A DNA stretch of 64,000 nucleotides from Bacteroidota bacterium (GCA_046048915.1 JBJOFE010000001.1:50044-114043); one strand, 5' to 3'. Positions 41,901-48,500 are shown, numbered from the stretch's first letter. The notes: generated from the letters alone by a model not told the origin. Program-made: numbers and translations.

Positions 41901-42791
41901 GTTATCAGATATAAATGCGCCGTTACTACCTAATGTTTTTTGAGCTCCACCGATTACCCATTTATTGACATTAGAAGTGTTTAAAACAGTCCAACCGTGA
42001 GCGCCTTCAAAACCTCCATCAGTAGTTGGATTAATTAAATAATTTGTGGTATCTACCGTAAAACTATTTCCTGTGGCTGTTCCGTTTGGTGTTTCCACTG
42101 TAATAGTTCCTGTTGTGGCTGCCTGAGGTACAACTGCGGTAATGCTTGTAGCGCTATTCACTGTAAAACTAGTTGCATTTACTCCGTTGAACTTAACGGC
42201 AGTCGCGCCAATAAAATTAGTCCCTGTTAAAGTAACCGTTGATCCGGTTTGCCCTTGGGTTGGTGAGGTAGCAGTAATAGAAGGAATGTTAGACGTAATA
42301 ACAACATCTGCATAATATTGATCAATGGCGCCTCCTCTAAAATCGGCAGTTTTAAAATTGATAGTGTGTGTCCCAGGAGTGGTTGCATTTCGAATTAGAT
42401 TTCGAAAAACAAATTTAATATTTGATCCTGCAGGGACCGTAACTCCCGCATATTGTATTGCGATACCAGTCCAGTTGTTCCACGCACCTGTATTGCTTAA
42501 ATTCGCTTTATTAACCGGTTGATTGTTGATATAAAAATCGTAATCGGCAACTGGAATAGGGCTGTTGGGTACAGTTAAAAAACCAACAAAATCAGGGAAT
42601 GCTACAAGTAGTATATTTCCGTTACACGGTTGAGTTGTTGTGTATTCAAAGGTATATGTGGTTAAAGCTCCTGCCGTACTGTTTGCAACAGTTACCGTTT
42701 GAGATATACTAGATTGAGACGCTAAAAAAAGCGTAAAAGCTAGGGTGAATTTAATCGCAGTTTTCAAAAAAGTTTTCTTCATTGTGGCCAA
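29931..42791 (-). CDS. Giant mosaic cell-surface adhesin with a T9SS type-B sorting domain (adhesin 2, 4286 aa)
   Basis: A single uninterrupted ORF with a signal peptide. It contains IPT/TIG, FG-GAP repeats, Cys-bracketed Ig-like domains, a discoidin domain, putative-Ig (He_PIG-like) repeats, an 8 x 83-aa Big-like array and TSP3 repeats. The C-terminal CHU_C motif is VNGDGLNDVFVIRG...YNRWG...GTYFYIV. Confidence 0.9.
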   Translation of the reverse strand: MATMKKTFLKTAIKFTLAFTLFLASQSSISQTVTVANSTAGALTTYTFEYTTTQPCNGNILLVAFPDFVGFLTVPNSPIPVADYDFYINNQPVNKANLSNTGAWNNWTGIAIQYAGVTVPAGSNIKFVFRNLIRNATTPGTHTINFKTADFRGGAIDQYYADVVITSNIPSITATSPTQGQTGSTVTLTGTNFIGATAVKFNGVNATSFTVNSATSITAVVPQAATTGTITVETPNGTATGNSFTVDTTNYLINPTTDGGFEGAHGWTVLNTSNVNKWVIGGAQKTLGSNGAFISDNGTTNTITNPQATNSKIYIYKDVVVPLNASSISLSFKYKNSGNDDPKPRCLFALANSFPPLPTNGNQYIVGAEMATYLSNATNWTTYTNNSPLSSDRLVTYTSENLIPGETYRVVFEWSADKQTSFTQTSPITKYPTGGSIQTTASGYTPGGYMDYTFTSNNDGNNFGLEWSVDNGAQIVSGQGTANMRFFVPLGTTGVIYTSLRYTYPTPTYVSNGKNSGPLAVDEVAMTFSAIPKITAIAPLSGAVGSLVTLTGEFFGASPANNVVYLGGVKCAITAATNTSITVTVPANASFNNFTVLNTTTNLSCISSNKFVPVNTALSGLSYNSNTLTSFESPITFTTGTFATSPDQKFVLSDVDLDGKVDIFSYSSAGVPQILRNTATVGVINSSTMAANLAISGVIPASPTAKNVLSADLNNDGKMDFASSNDITNNGGFANINTSTTGTPSLQNFNSLLSSTSKYKVNASFLPLDINLDGRTDIFGINGTNSSQALLYYIKNTTTGTTFSSITGNPTNTDSYNQKLNATNYFSGASGDLNGDGKADVVLSGTGRVSILKNTTTQGNPEVKTFSFIESATKAINTGIGYTVKLADFDLDGKLDVISTNSTSGFVSVFRNDSANMNLSIMDAQHFALTGLNATYGLALADMNGDGKLDVVVSDNIAQIAYLENTSSVGTISFAPSVTIINTGAYPQLEIADIDGDYKPDIIAANATNGIVLFRNRVAEAGKISADQTICYNTTPAALTSVSPATFSSAGTITYKWQKSSSPTSGWSDIASTNTVGYTIPSALIGTTYYRRAAAISTAPSVFYFTNPITITVTPNPTITSNVPATSCGTSTVTLGASSSGGVVKWYAGSTGGTVLGTGATFTTPTIATSTYYYAQAETSNGCIATSARIAIQATIITTPPIVVTTAGSRCDTGSVTVAAGFTGGTDVGANINWYTTATGGSSIGTGTVFVTPAISTTTTFYAEGTNCNGISTTRTPVIATVVNTPSIINTVSNAGCKNSNVVLSATSTSGSSLKWYTADTGGSLSTATVSSIQATTTRYVSAVLTSSGSTCESPKTPVTATMYDLPAAPTAIHTTLCGIGNTATVSVTPPANTAVNWFSSLSGGVSLGTGNSYTTEVLNSASSRSYYASVTDVNGCVSSPRTIVDIVYNGPTVNSISSVNAITNSAVTFSTNISNQATFNWQRSTDNGLNWADITANIDPNVTYSGFSGTTATATTLTINTAVPFIHKYQYRLKLIKSAGCINYSNVAILNVADVFGSCESATAAIPTAFGANTSVITSWKNYESASGYYDYYDYNTDTRWAISYLGYNSYYGSLANTSVLPSLSDRSTDYYGNPTTYRDSDSGSTTGLIVNNSAAGQAYITLDLGSSKLINRVDLAGLSTWNPYAGNDVDPNLATPILDNDANDFVLVEKTGAYENSYDAEGGSIQVSTNGSTWTTVVSNISGTRWIASSGNWYNYVPGDDGYGSFNFAAVNARYVRVQNDRPLGLSEFKIFPVDLANAPYIRKAPQAINYVSQGGSFNLSVPVTTNNGCTNYEWSYSANNTTFNTFDYSTDLSISNFNSDPTNNPQTGFYRLTATNCDNCSLSVTIELRQALSYYTSAAGSNAMQTLGSWNTSTTGTGGTAPTNFTSASNVFVLANSSSTYGSGASYSNSGSLRLNGNIATLGNYNATWGAVLESSPTSYVKTNGTGALTISTSSVPTLFPVGNSTYNPVTLTNNTGTIDTYSVSVYNGVFTGGTSGSGTAMTNVVNRTWKITKTSVNTAGYGTDLTFEWDPSDIAGLVEDPVLYAFISNNWVAQTVGSVTRTNNTVTFSKYTGPLNGTLFMLSNAVPVIHSFTPVSAGNNGSVVITGKALSNATMVSFGGVAATSFVVNSPTQITATVATGASGSVSVTTPGGTATLAGFTFVPAPTISSFTPTKTSRATTVTITGTNFTNATSVSLGGTSAISFTVVNSTTITAVVGTGSTGTISVITPGGTATASGFVYGNTTPLNPTIGSIANISKVTTDSTFALPLPSSNSNGIFTYITSDPSIVSINGTMAAINGIGVATITATQAATDDYNAGNITFTVTVKTTPSIYLPNYAATVGDGTLTLNAISNSPGAITYSSGTSGVATISGNTLTVVGAGTSVITINQAASGNYTAATNTAFITVGAANSAYPTLSNFANINKLMSNPDFILNAPTSNSAGAFTYYSSNPAVATISGSTVTLVAPGIAIITAVQAANGIYRSSSISAVLTVGLGSNSNPVITNFSPFSKYVSDAPFAISSPTSTSNSAFTYFSSMPNVGTINGNTTTIKGLGTATITALQPASGSFNAGSIATTLTVTYAPPAISYSSPNIFTKGVAISNLSPVSTGGAVTSYSIYPPLPYGGLSFNTVTGVISGTPLEIASPVTYTVTATNPTSSTTAIFTIEVKDVAPSALSYSTPNVYSVGTSISTLFPSNSGGTITNYTISPSLPGGLVLNPVTGAISGTPSLALATTTYTITGTNSGGSTSTTISIRITDTAPTSLEYSTPIVLFKGVLITPLTPSNSGGAIVSYAISPSLPAGLTLNTTTGAITGRPTVPSANTDYAITGTNTGGTVSKTISILVNDNEPTDLSYTTPNIFGVGVAITPLTPTVYGGVVTRYSIDRSLPAGLNFNTTTGVISGTPTQITANATYTVTAFNFMGRSSASIEITIGGPASNLSYGGNLILARNAIMTTVTPTVNSTTSTTYSVSPSLPLGLVFDTSTGQIFGMPTTIQAAQNYTVTANNGFAPNATVTFTIQVVDVPVLSYVTPSNYTAGVAISNLIPTVSGLTPITFSIAPSLPSGMLFDTTTGVISGTPTSYTPTANYTITATNAVGSTPVTIPITVNKRIPSIGTMSIGTKTFGDANFDIVNPSTNSSGTFSYVSSNTAVATISGNTVSITGAGSATITANLASDADYDIGSTTATLTVNKAIPAIGSIAPITKTFGDATFNLTAPTTNSTGAFSYASSDSNVASIIGNTVTIVGAGTATITVSQAGDANYDPGSVSTTITVNKAVATLSAMPSVTKNFGDASFNLVAPTSAATGAITFVSSNTNVATINGNTISIIGAGTATITATQATDSNYLEATTSTTLTVNKIAPTIGSMSAISKTFGDANFTIIPPSTNSTGAFAYTSSDTNVATISGDLVSIVGAGTATISVDQATDSNYLAAATSVSLAVNKAPVVFGTTTAITKNYGDADFILTPPQTNSTGAFTYSSNNPSIATINGNLVTIQGIGTTTITVNQATTTNYLSGSTTISLVVNKTLPAIGSIAPITKTFGDATFNLTAPTTNSTGAFSYASSDSNVASIIGNTVTIVGAGTATITVSQAGDANYDPGSVSTTITVNKAVATLSAMPSVTKNFGDASFNLVAPTSAATGAITFVSSNTNVATINGNTISIIGAGTATITATQATDSNYLEATTSTTLTVNKSTPVLSNFNPISKTTDDGQFALIAPTSSGGTGLITYISSNPSVATISGNMVTITGSGSTLITATKESDTNFNAQSISAQLTVGVGITQTPVLTSPRNNTTGATTLQINYILPEAPLPGSVQLVFTPSTGGTPIVWVMNNLTSVSFAYPVGTNPTLLSNVVSGTALAFTTYNITISYQDVFASPTASSTNTNIQTLAPPSISLAQNNYGGVINKDLTPIVTINSGGLIESYTINPALPNGVTINSTTGVVSGRPSRASAVINYTITATNPAGSSNASFGLFIDEDTDGDGIGNLTDPDIDGDKIPNNPDADVNGDGIIDNGTDTDGDGINDANDPDIDGDGVPNTQEILDGTNPNVPGAKDTDGDGVPDYIETQQGTNPNIPGAKDSDGDGVPDYIEQLQGTNPNLSGDGLDTDGDGLPDYNEGYVFSNPKLSSDEDNNGILDYLQFNNHVSVDDDLEIFNSMTVNGDGLNDVFVIRGIDQYPNNTVTIYNRWGIEVYKEDGYGQDNKFFRGISEGRVTISQSAELPKGTYFYIVRYVNKEAVEKQRSGYLYITK
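30262..30760 (-). other. Thrombospondin type-3-like Ca-binding repeat region of adhesin 2 (approximate)
   Basis: Contains DTDGDGIGN, DIDGDK, DVNGDG, DTDGDGIND, DIDGDGVPN, DTDGDGVPDYIE and DSDGDGVPDYIE motifs. Confidence 0.8.
31597..32089 (-). repeat. Identical 493-bp segment, copy B (units 6-7 of the array)
   Basis: It reads identically to 32593-33085 (offset 996 bp). The alternate-frame ORFs 31657-31887 and 32653-32883 in the supplied track translate identically. Confidence 0.85.
32593..33085 (-). repeat. Identical 493-bp segment, copy A (units 2-3 of the array)
   Basis: See 31597-32089. Identity breaks at ...attgctggta, followed by atgtc in one copy and tggct in the other. Confidence 0.85.
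37405..37950 (-). other. F5/8 type C (discoidin)-like domain of adhesin 2 (approximate)
   Basis: AGQAYITLDLGSSKLINRVDLAG ... ARYVRVQNDRPLGLSEFKIF is a typical discoidin beginning and end. Confidence 0.65.
39745..40860 (-). other. FG-GAP/VCBS repeat region, about seven blades (integrin-alpha-like propeller), in adhesin 2 (approximate)
   Basis: Seven spaced Ca-loop motifs: DVDLDGKVDIF, DLNNDGKMDF, DINLDGRTDIF, GDLNGDGKADVV, ADFDLDGKLDVI, ADMNGDGKLDVV and ADIDGDYKPDII. Confidence 0.8.
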
Positions 42792-42825
42792 TTCTATGCT
42801 AATAATATGGGTTTATTATAAAATC

Positions 42826-42858
42826 AAAAACCGTAAATCACTCAATAAGCAATTTACG
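42826..42858 (-). terminator. Candidate rho-independent terminator after the small ORF, just upstream of the adhesin 2 start
   Basis: cgtaaat (42832-42838) pairs with atttacg (42852-42858), and a T5 run follows on the minus strand. Confidence 0.4.
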
Positions 42859-42899
42859 ATTGGTTGTTTTGTGTAATAGATACAAAACATATGTGTTAA

Positions 42900-43166
42900 T
42901 TATTCGTACTTGTTGGGTGACTTTAGTACTACAAAGATTTGGCTTGTGTATTTCTTTTTATCTACAATTGTATCTCTTTTAACTACATTGACTGATTCAA
43001 TTTCGTCTGGTTTAATTGCTACTAATTCCTCTTTTGGAACCAACTTGTTCTTTATAAAATAAGCGATATTATCTCCAAGTGCAGACTTTGTCTTGGATTT
43101 GGTTTCTTGTGAATAGGATCGCGTTCCAAGAATAAGAATGATTACAACAAATAGTTTTTTTATCAT
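42900..43166 (-). CDS. Small secreted hypothetical protein (88 aa)
   Basis: It has a signal-peptide-like N-terminus (MIKKLFVVIILILGTRSYSQE) and Lys-rich composition. No family recognised. Confidence 0.5.
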   Translation of the reverse strand: MIKKLFVVIILILGTRSYSQETKSKTKSALGDNIAYFIKNKLVPKEELVAIKPDEIESVNVVKRDTIVDKKKYTSQIFVVLKSPNKYE

Positions 43167-43226
43167 AATAGCATATTTAGAAGGGTCAACGCTTTTGTTT
43201 AAAATAGTTAATTATTTAAATTTTGA

Positions 43227-43335
43227 GGACAAAAATAATGCTTTAAAATTGTACTTAAGAGGTGACTATTAAATTTTTGTCCAAAAAAATTGTTTTTTTG
43301 ACAACAATTAAATACAAACAAATTTCCTACATTTG
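43227..43335. promoter_or_regulatory. Divergent control region 1: GGACAAAAAT/ATTTTTGTCC inverted repeat, TTGTCC-A7-ttg-T7-GACAA palindrome, and a TACATTTG -7 box
   Basis: The 10-bp inverted-repeat arms lie at 43227-43236 and 43273-43282. The palindrome is at 43277-43305. The -7 box at 43328-43335 is 19 nt upstream of the regulator ATG. Confidence 0.55.
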
Positions 43336-43353
43336 TATAAATCCCCAAGATAA

Positions 43354-44547
43354 ATGCTTTTATACGTTTCCATATTTACAATTTTATTATCGCTAATTCT
43401 ATTGTTAAACAATTGGAAAATCAATACTAATGCTATTTATCTATCGTTGTTTTTAATTAGCGCTTCTTTGTACGGCATCGCACATTATTTTGTGCTTTAT
43501 GGCAAATCTCCTTTTTGGCTAGCCGTTTTTTACAATCATTTTACGCCGTTCATGTTGTTGTTAGGACCTTTGTTGTTTTTCTATGTTAGAGGCACACTAG
43601 ACGACACAAGCCTATTAAAAAAATCAGACATTTTTCATTTTATTCCTGCGGTAATTCATCTTATTGGTATTGTGCCTTATGCCCTACAACCCTTTTCAGA
43701 AAAAACAGAAATTGCCACACGAATTATCCAAAACGTTGATGCTATTTTAGACATTAACACCAATTATTTTTACAGCACAACGGTCAACTTTATTATCAGA
43801 CCCGTATTACTATTAGTCTATATTCTAGCTTGTATGTATTTTATTTGGAAGCGGTTTTCAGTATCTAATTTCGATCATAATATTCCTAGACGCCAACTTT
43901 TTGTCAGTTTTCGCTGGTTGATCATTTTAATTATGAGTTTGTTTTTTATTGTAGTCGAGTTCCTGATCATTACCTTCAATTCCATCCAAGACAAACCAAG
44001 TGTTGGGCTGGTAAATTCTTATCCATTATACATTTTGTCTGGCGTTGCTTATTGCATAATGTCATTTTCATTACTGTTGTTTCCCAATATTTTGTATGGC
44101 TTTCCAAAACGTACTGTGGAAAAAAAAGGAGATAAAAAGCCAAAAAAACAAAAGACAAATCCCGAAATACAAGATGCTGTTCTCGAGAATGTAGAGGAAG
44201 ATCCATTCTTTGATTTGTCAGAAAATATAAAAGAGTACTTGGTAAGAGAAAAACCATTTCTTAAAAGTGATTTTTCTATCAGTGATATTGCACTGGCCAT
44301 GCAGGTGCCACAAAACCACATTGCCTATTGTATTAACACTATTATGCAAACTAAATTTGCCACGCTTAAATCTGATTTACGGATTGACTATGCTGCCGAA
44401 TTACTGTTAGAAAATGTAAACGATTCATTCACTATTGAAGGAATTGCACAACAATCCGGTTTTAAAACAAGAGCCAGTTTCTATAGTGCTTTTAAAGATA
44501 GAATCGGTGTTACTCCAACTGAGTTTATTGCGACTAAGTCCATTTGA
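43354..44547 (+). CDS. Membrane-embedded AraC-type regulator (about seven N-terminal TM helices plus a C-terminal HTH_AraC)
   Basis: 397 aa. Residues 1 to about 250 form roughly seven hydrophobic segments, followed by a Lys-rich linker (KKGDKKPKKQK). The C-terminal part reads ISDIALAMQVPQNHIAYC...IAQQSGFKTRASFYSAFKDRIGVTPTEF. Confidence 0.85.
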   Translation: MLLYVSIFTILLSLILLLNNWKINTNAIYLSLFLISASLYGIAHYFVLYGKSPFWLAVFYNHFTPFMLLLGPLLFFYVRGTLDDTSLLKKSDIFHFIPAVIHLIGIVPYALQPFSEKTEIATRIIQNVDAILDINTNYFYSTTVNFIIRPVLLLVYILACMYFIWKRFSVSNFDHNIPRRQLFVSFRWLIILIMSLFFIVVEFLIITFNSIQDKPSVGLVNSYPLYILSGVAYCIMSFSLLLFPNILYGFPKRTVEKKGDKKPKKQKTNPEIQDAVLENVEEDPFFDLSENIKEYLVREKPFLKSDFSISDIALAMQVPQNHIAYCINTIMQTKFATLKSDLRIDYAAELLLENVNDSFTIEGIAQQSGFKTRASFYSAFKDRIGVTPTEFIATKSI

Positions 44548-44557
44548 ATAAATAAAC

Positions 44558-44590
44558 AAAAAACCTCCATTAAAACAATGGAGGTTTTAT
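44558..44590. terminator. Bidirectional terminator between the regulator and PorP/SprF (module 3)
   Basis: aaaaacctccat / atggaggtttt form a stem flanked by A/T runs. Confidence 0.8.
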
Positions 44591-44608
44591 TATTGCATAA
44601 TAAATTAA

Positions 44609-45502
44609 TTAAAATTTAAACTGCAATACTATTTCGTTGGTGTTTCTAGCTGCTGCTAGTACCTTTTGAGTACTCATCTCATAAGCAAAGCCAAATAACA
44701 ATCTATTACTAATCAATACTGTTGCCATTGCAGCATAGGCTTTGTCTGTTCTATACATTGCTCCCAGTTCAAAAGTGTTGTCTATTTGTAACATCGTAGT
44801 TAGATCTACAGATACTGGGGCACCACTTACATAACGCAACATAGCGGATGGTTTTAAGATCAAAGTCGAGAATTCTCCTTGTAAAGGAATATCATAACCC
44901 CCACTTAAATAGATATGCGGACTGTCTGTAGCAACACTTGCATATCCAGCATCGTTTGTGGCTTTCTTTGTATTTAATAATCTTGGTATCGATAACGATA
45001 CATAAAGCGATCCTTCTTTGTATACCGCTCCAACTCCCACATTGGGATTAAACGTACTAATGGAAGCCAATGCAGGATCTGACTGTTTAATATTGTAGTT
45101 TTCTAGCCCAGAGGTATTCACATTGTATGAATTGCCTCCTGCTTTGATTCCAAAATACACATCAGCGGTTTGGCTCATTTTTAACCTGTAAGAGAAATCT
45201 ATACTAGCGTAGGTTTGTTTCTCAATGAAGGTCTTATCGCTAATTACTGTCATACCAAAACCTAACTTCTTACCTAAGGTAGTTCCAAAAGAAACAGCTT
45301 GTGTCTCTGGAGCATCGACGATTCCTGTCCATTGTTTTCTCAGTGTACTTGTGGCTACCGTTATACTATCAACTCCTGCATAGGCTGGATTGACTAAATT
45401 CATGTGATGACGGTAAAACGTGTAGGCACTCTCTTGTTGCGCCATCATTGCACTAGTTGTAAATAGTAGTACAAAGGCTAGTATATTGTGAATCTTTTTC
45501 AT
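44609..45502 (-). CDS. PorP/SprF-family T9SS membrane protein (module 3)
   Basis: 297 aa with HHMNLVNPAYAG and the C-terminal NEIVLQFKF. It is a close paralog of 54605-55495. Confidence 0.9.
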   Translation of the reverse strand: MKKIHNILAFVLLFTTSAMMAQQESAYTFYRHHMNLVNPAYAGVDSITVATSTLRKQWTGIVDAPETQAVSFGTTLGKKLGFGMTVISDKTFIEKQTYASIDFSYRLKMSQTADVYFGIKAGGNSYNVNTSGLENYNIKQSDPALASISTFNPNVGVGAVYKEGSLYVSLSIPRLLNTKKATNDAGYASVATDSPHIYLSGGYDIPLQGEFSTLILKPSAMLRYVSGAPVSVDLTTMLQIDNTFELGAMYRTDKAYAAMATVLISNRLLFGFAYEMSTQKVLAAARNTNEIVLQFKF

Positions 45503-45529
45503 TCTTATTAATTGTTTAATAATTGTGGA

Positions 45530-48500
45530 TTATTTAGATATGTACATCCATCCTTGTGAATCGATACTACCATCTCCTCCTAAATCTATTTGGAACATGT
45601 AAGAACCAACTGGTAACATTTCACTACTACCTTGGTAATTTCCGCCCCAATTATTTTGGTAATTGGCAGAGTAGAAAACTTGCTTCCCATTGGAGTTAAA
45701 TACACGAACAATAGAGCCTGGATGATTCTCTAGGTTATAAATAACCCAAGTATCATTGATTCCATCTCCGTTTGGAGTTAATCCTTGCATAACATCCAAT
45801 TCAATAGTATCACAGAGATCGCCTTGACCATCTCGATCTCTATCTGATTGATCTCTGTTAGATATCGCTGGACAGTTATCCAATGTGTTATTTACTCCGT
45901 CACCGTCTTTGTCTTCATCACAATCATCAATAATCCCATCCCCATCCATGTCAATTCCATTATCTGGAATACCATCACCATTTTGGTCTACATCACATCC
46001 GTCTAAAATACCATCATTATCATCATCCACATCCGTATTGTCTCCTGTGCCGTCTAGATCTGAATCAGTCCACTCCAATGGATTATTAGGAAACGCATCG
46101 TAACGATCCTGTATGGAGTCCCCATCTGAATCTAAATCCAAATAATCCGGTGTGCCGTCGCGGTCTGTATCTCTAGAAGCCCCTGGATTTCGGAAATTGT
46201 ATCCCTCTTCATAATTAGAGAAACCGTCACCATCAGTATCTGGAGCATCTGATACAGCTGGATTATTTCCTAACTGAATTTCAATATAATCCGGTACACC
46301 ATCACCGTCAGTATCTTTAGCTCCAGGAACAGTAGGATTTGTTCCTTGTTGTACTTCGATATAATCTGGAACACCATCTCCATCGGTGTCTTTTGCGCCT
46401 GGTGTAGTTGGGCTAGTGCCTTGTTGTTGCTCGATATAATCCGGAACACCATCGCCATCAGTGTCTTTTGCTCCTGGAACAGTCGGATTTGTTCCTTGTT
46501 GCACTTCAACATAATTAGGTACGCCATCGCCATCAGTGTCTATAGCATCACCCGGAATTCTGGGATTTGTTCCCTGTTGTACTTCTACATAATCTGGAAC
46601 GCCATCGCCGTCAGTGTCTATAGCATCCCCCGGAACTGTTGGGCTCGTTCCTTGTTGAACTTCTACATAATCTGGAACACCATCTCCGTCAGTGTCTTTT
46701 GCTCCTGGATTAGTTGGGTTAGTGCCTTGTTGTACTTCAATATAATTAGGAACGCCATCACCATCTGTATCCAATAGACTATCTCCTGGAGTCGTTGGGC
46801 TAGTACCTTGTTGTTGCTCGATATAATCTGGAACGCCATCGCCATCGGTGTCTTTTGCGCCTGGTATAGTCGGATTAGTTCCTTGTTGTGTTTCCACAAA
46901 ATCCGGTACGCCATCGCCATCAGTGTCTATAGCATCTCCTGGAGTAGTTGGATTTGTTCCTTGTTGTACTTCAATATAATCAGGAACGCCATCGCCATCG
47001 GTGTCTTTTGCGCCTGGTACAGTAGGATTTGTTCCTTGTTGTACTTCTACATAGTTAGGAACGCCATCACCATCAGTGTCTATGATTGTATCTCCTGGAG
47101 TCGTTGGGTTAGTACCTTGTTGTTGCTCGATATAATCTGGAACACCATCACCATCGGTATCTTTTGCTCCTGGAACAGTCGGATTTGTTCCTTGTTGCAC
47201 TTCAACATAATTAGGTACGCCATCGCCATCAGTATCTTTAGCGTCGCCCGGAACTGTTGGATCAGTACCTTGTTGCGTTTCTACATAATCCGGTACGCCA
47301 TCGCCGTCAGTGTCTATAGCATCACCCGAAACTGTTGGGCTAGTGCCTTGTTGTACTTCAATATAATCTGGTACACCGTCGCCGTCAGTATCAGCTAATA
47401 CATCCCCTGGAATTCTGGGATTTGTTCCCTGTTGTACTTCTACATAATCTGGAACGCCATCGCCATCTGTATCTCGAGCTCCTGGAGTAGTAGGACTCGT
47501 TCCTTGTTGAACTTCTACATAATCTGGAACACCATCTCCGTCAGTGTCTTTTGCTCCTGGATTAGTTGGGTTAGTGCCTTGTTGTACTTCAATATAATTA
47601 GGAACGCCATCACCATCTGTATCCAATAGACTATCTCCTGGAGTCGTTGGGCTAGTACCTTGTTGTTGCTCGATATAATCTGGAACGCCATCGCCATCGG
47701 TGTCTTTTGCGCCTGGTATAGTCGGATTAGTTCCTTGTTGTGTTTCCACAAAATCCGGTACGCCATCGCCATCAGTGTCTATAGCATCTCCTGGAGTAGT
47801 TGGATTTGTTCCTTGTTGTACTTCAATATAATCAGGAACGCCATCGCCATCGGTGTCTTTTGCGCCTGGTACAGTAGGATTTGTTCCTTGTTGTACTTCT
47901 ACATAGTTAGGAACGCCATCACCATCAGTGTCTATGATTGTATCTCCTGGAGTCGTTGGGTTAGTACCTTGTTGTTGCTCGATATAATCTGGAACACCAT
48001 CACCATCGGTATCTTTTGCTCCTGGAACAGTCGGATTTGTTCCTTGTTGCACTTCAACATAATTAGGTACGCCATCGCCATCAGTATCTTTAGCGTCGCC
48101 CGGAACTGTTGGATCAGTACCTTGTTGCGTTTCTACATAATCCGGTACGCCATCGCCGTCAGTGTCTATAGCATCACCCGAAACTGTTGGGCTAGTGCCT
48201 TGTTGTACTTCAATATAATCTGGTACACCGTCGCCGTCAGTGTCTTTTGCTCCTGGATTAGTTGGGTTAGTACCTTGTTGTTTCTCAACAAAATCTGGAA
48301 CACCATCTCCATCAGTATCTCGAGCTCCTGGAGTAGTAGGACTCGTTCCTTGTTGAACTTCTACATAATTAGGAACACCATCGCCATCTGTATCTATAGC
48401 ATCACTTGGATTGGTTGGACTAGTTCCTTGTTGTACTTCAATATAATCTGGGACACCATCACCATCTGTATCCAATAGACTATCTCCTGGTGTAGTTGGG

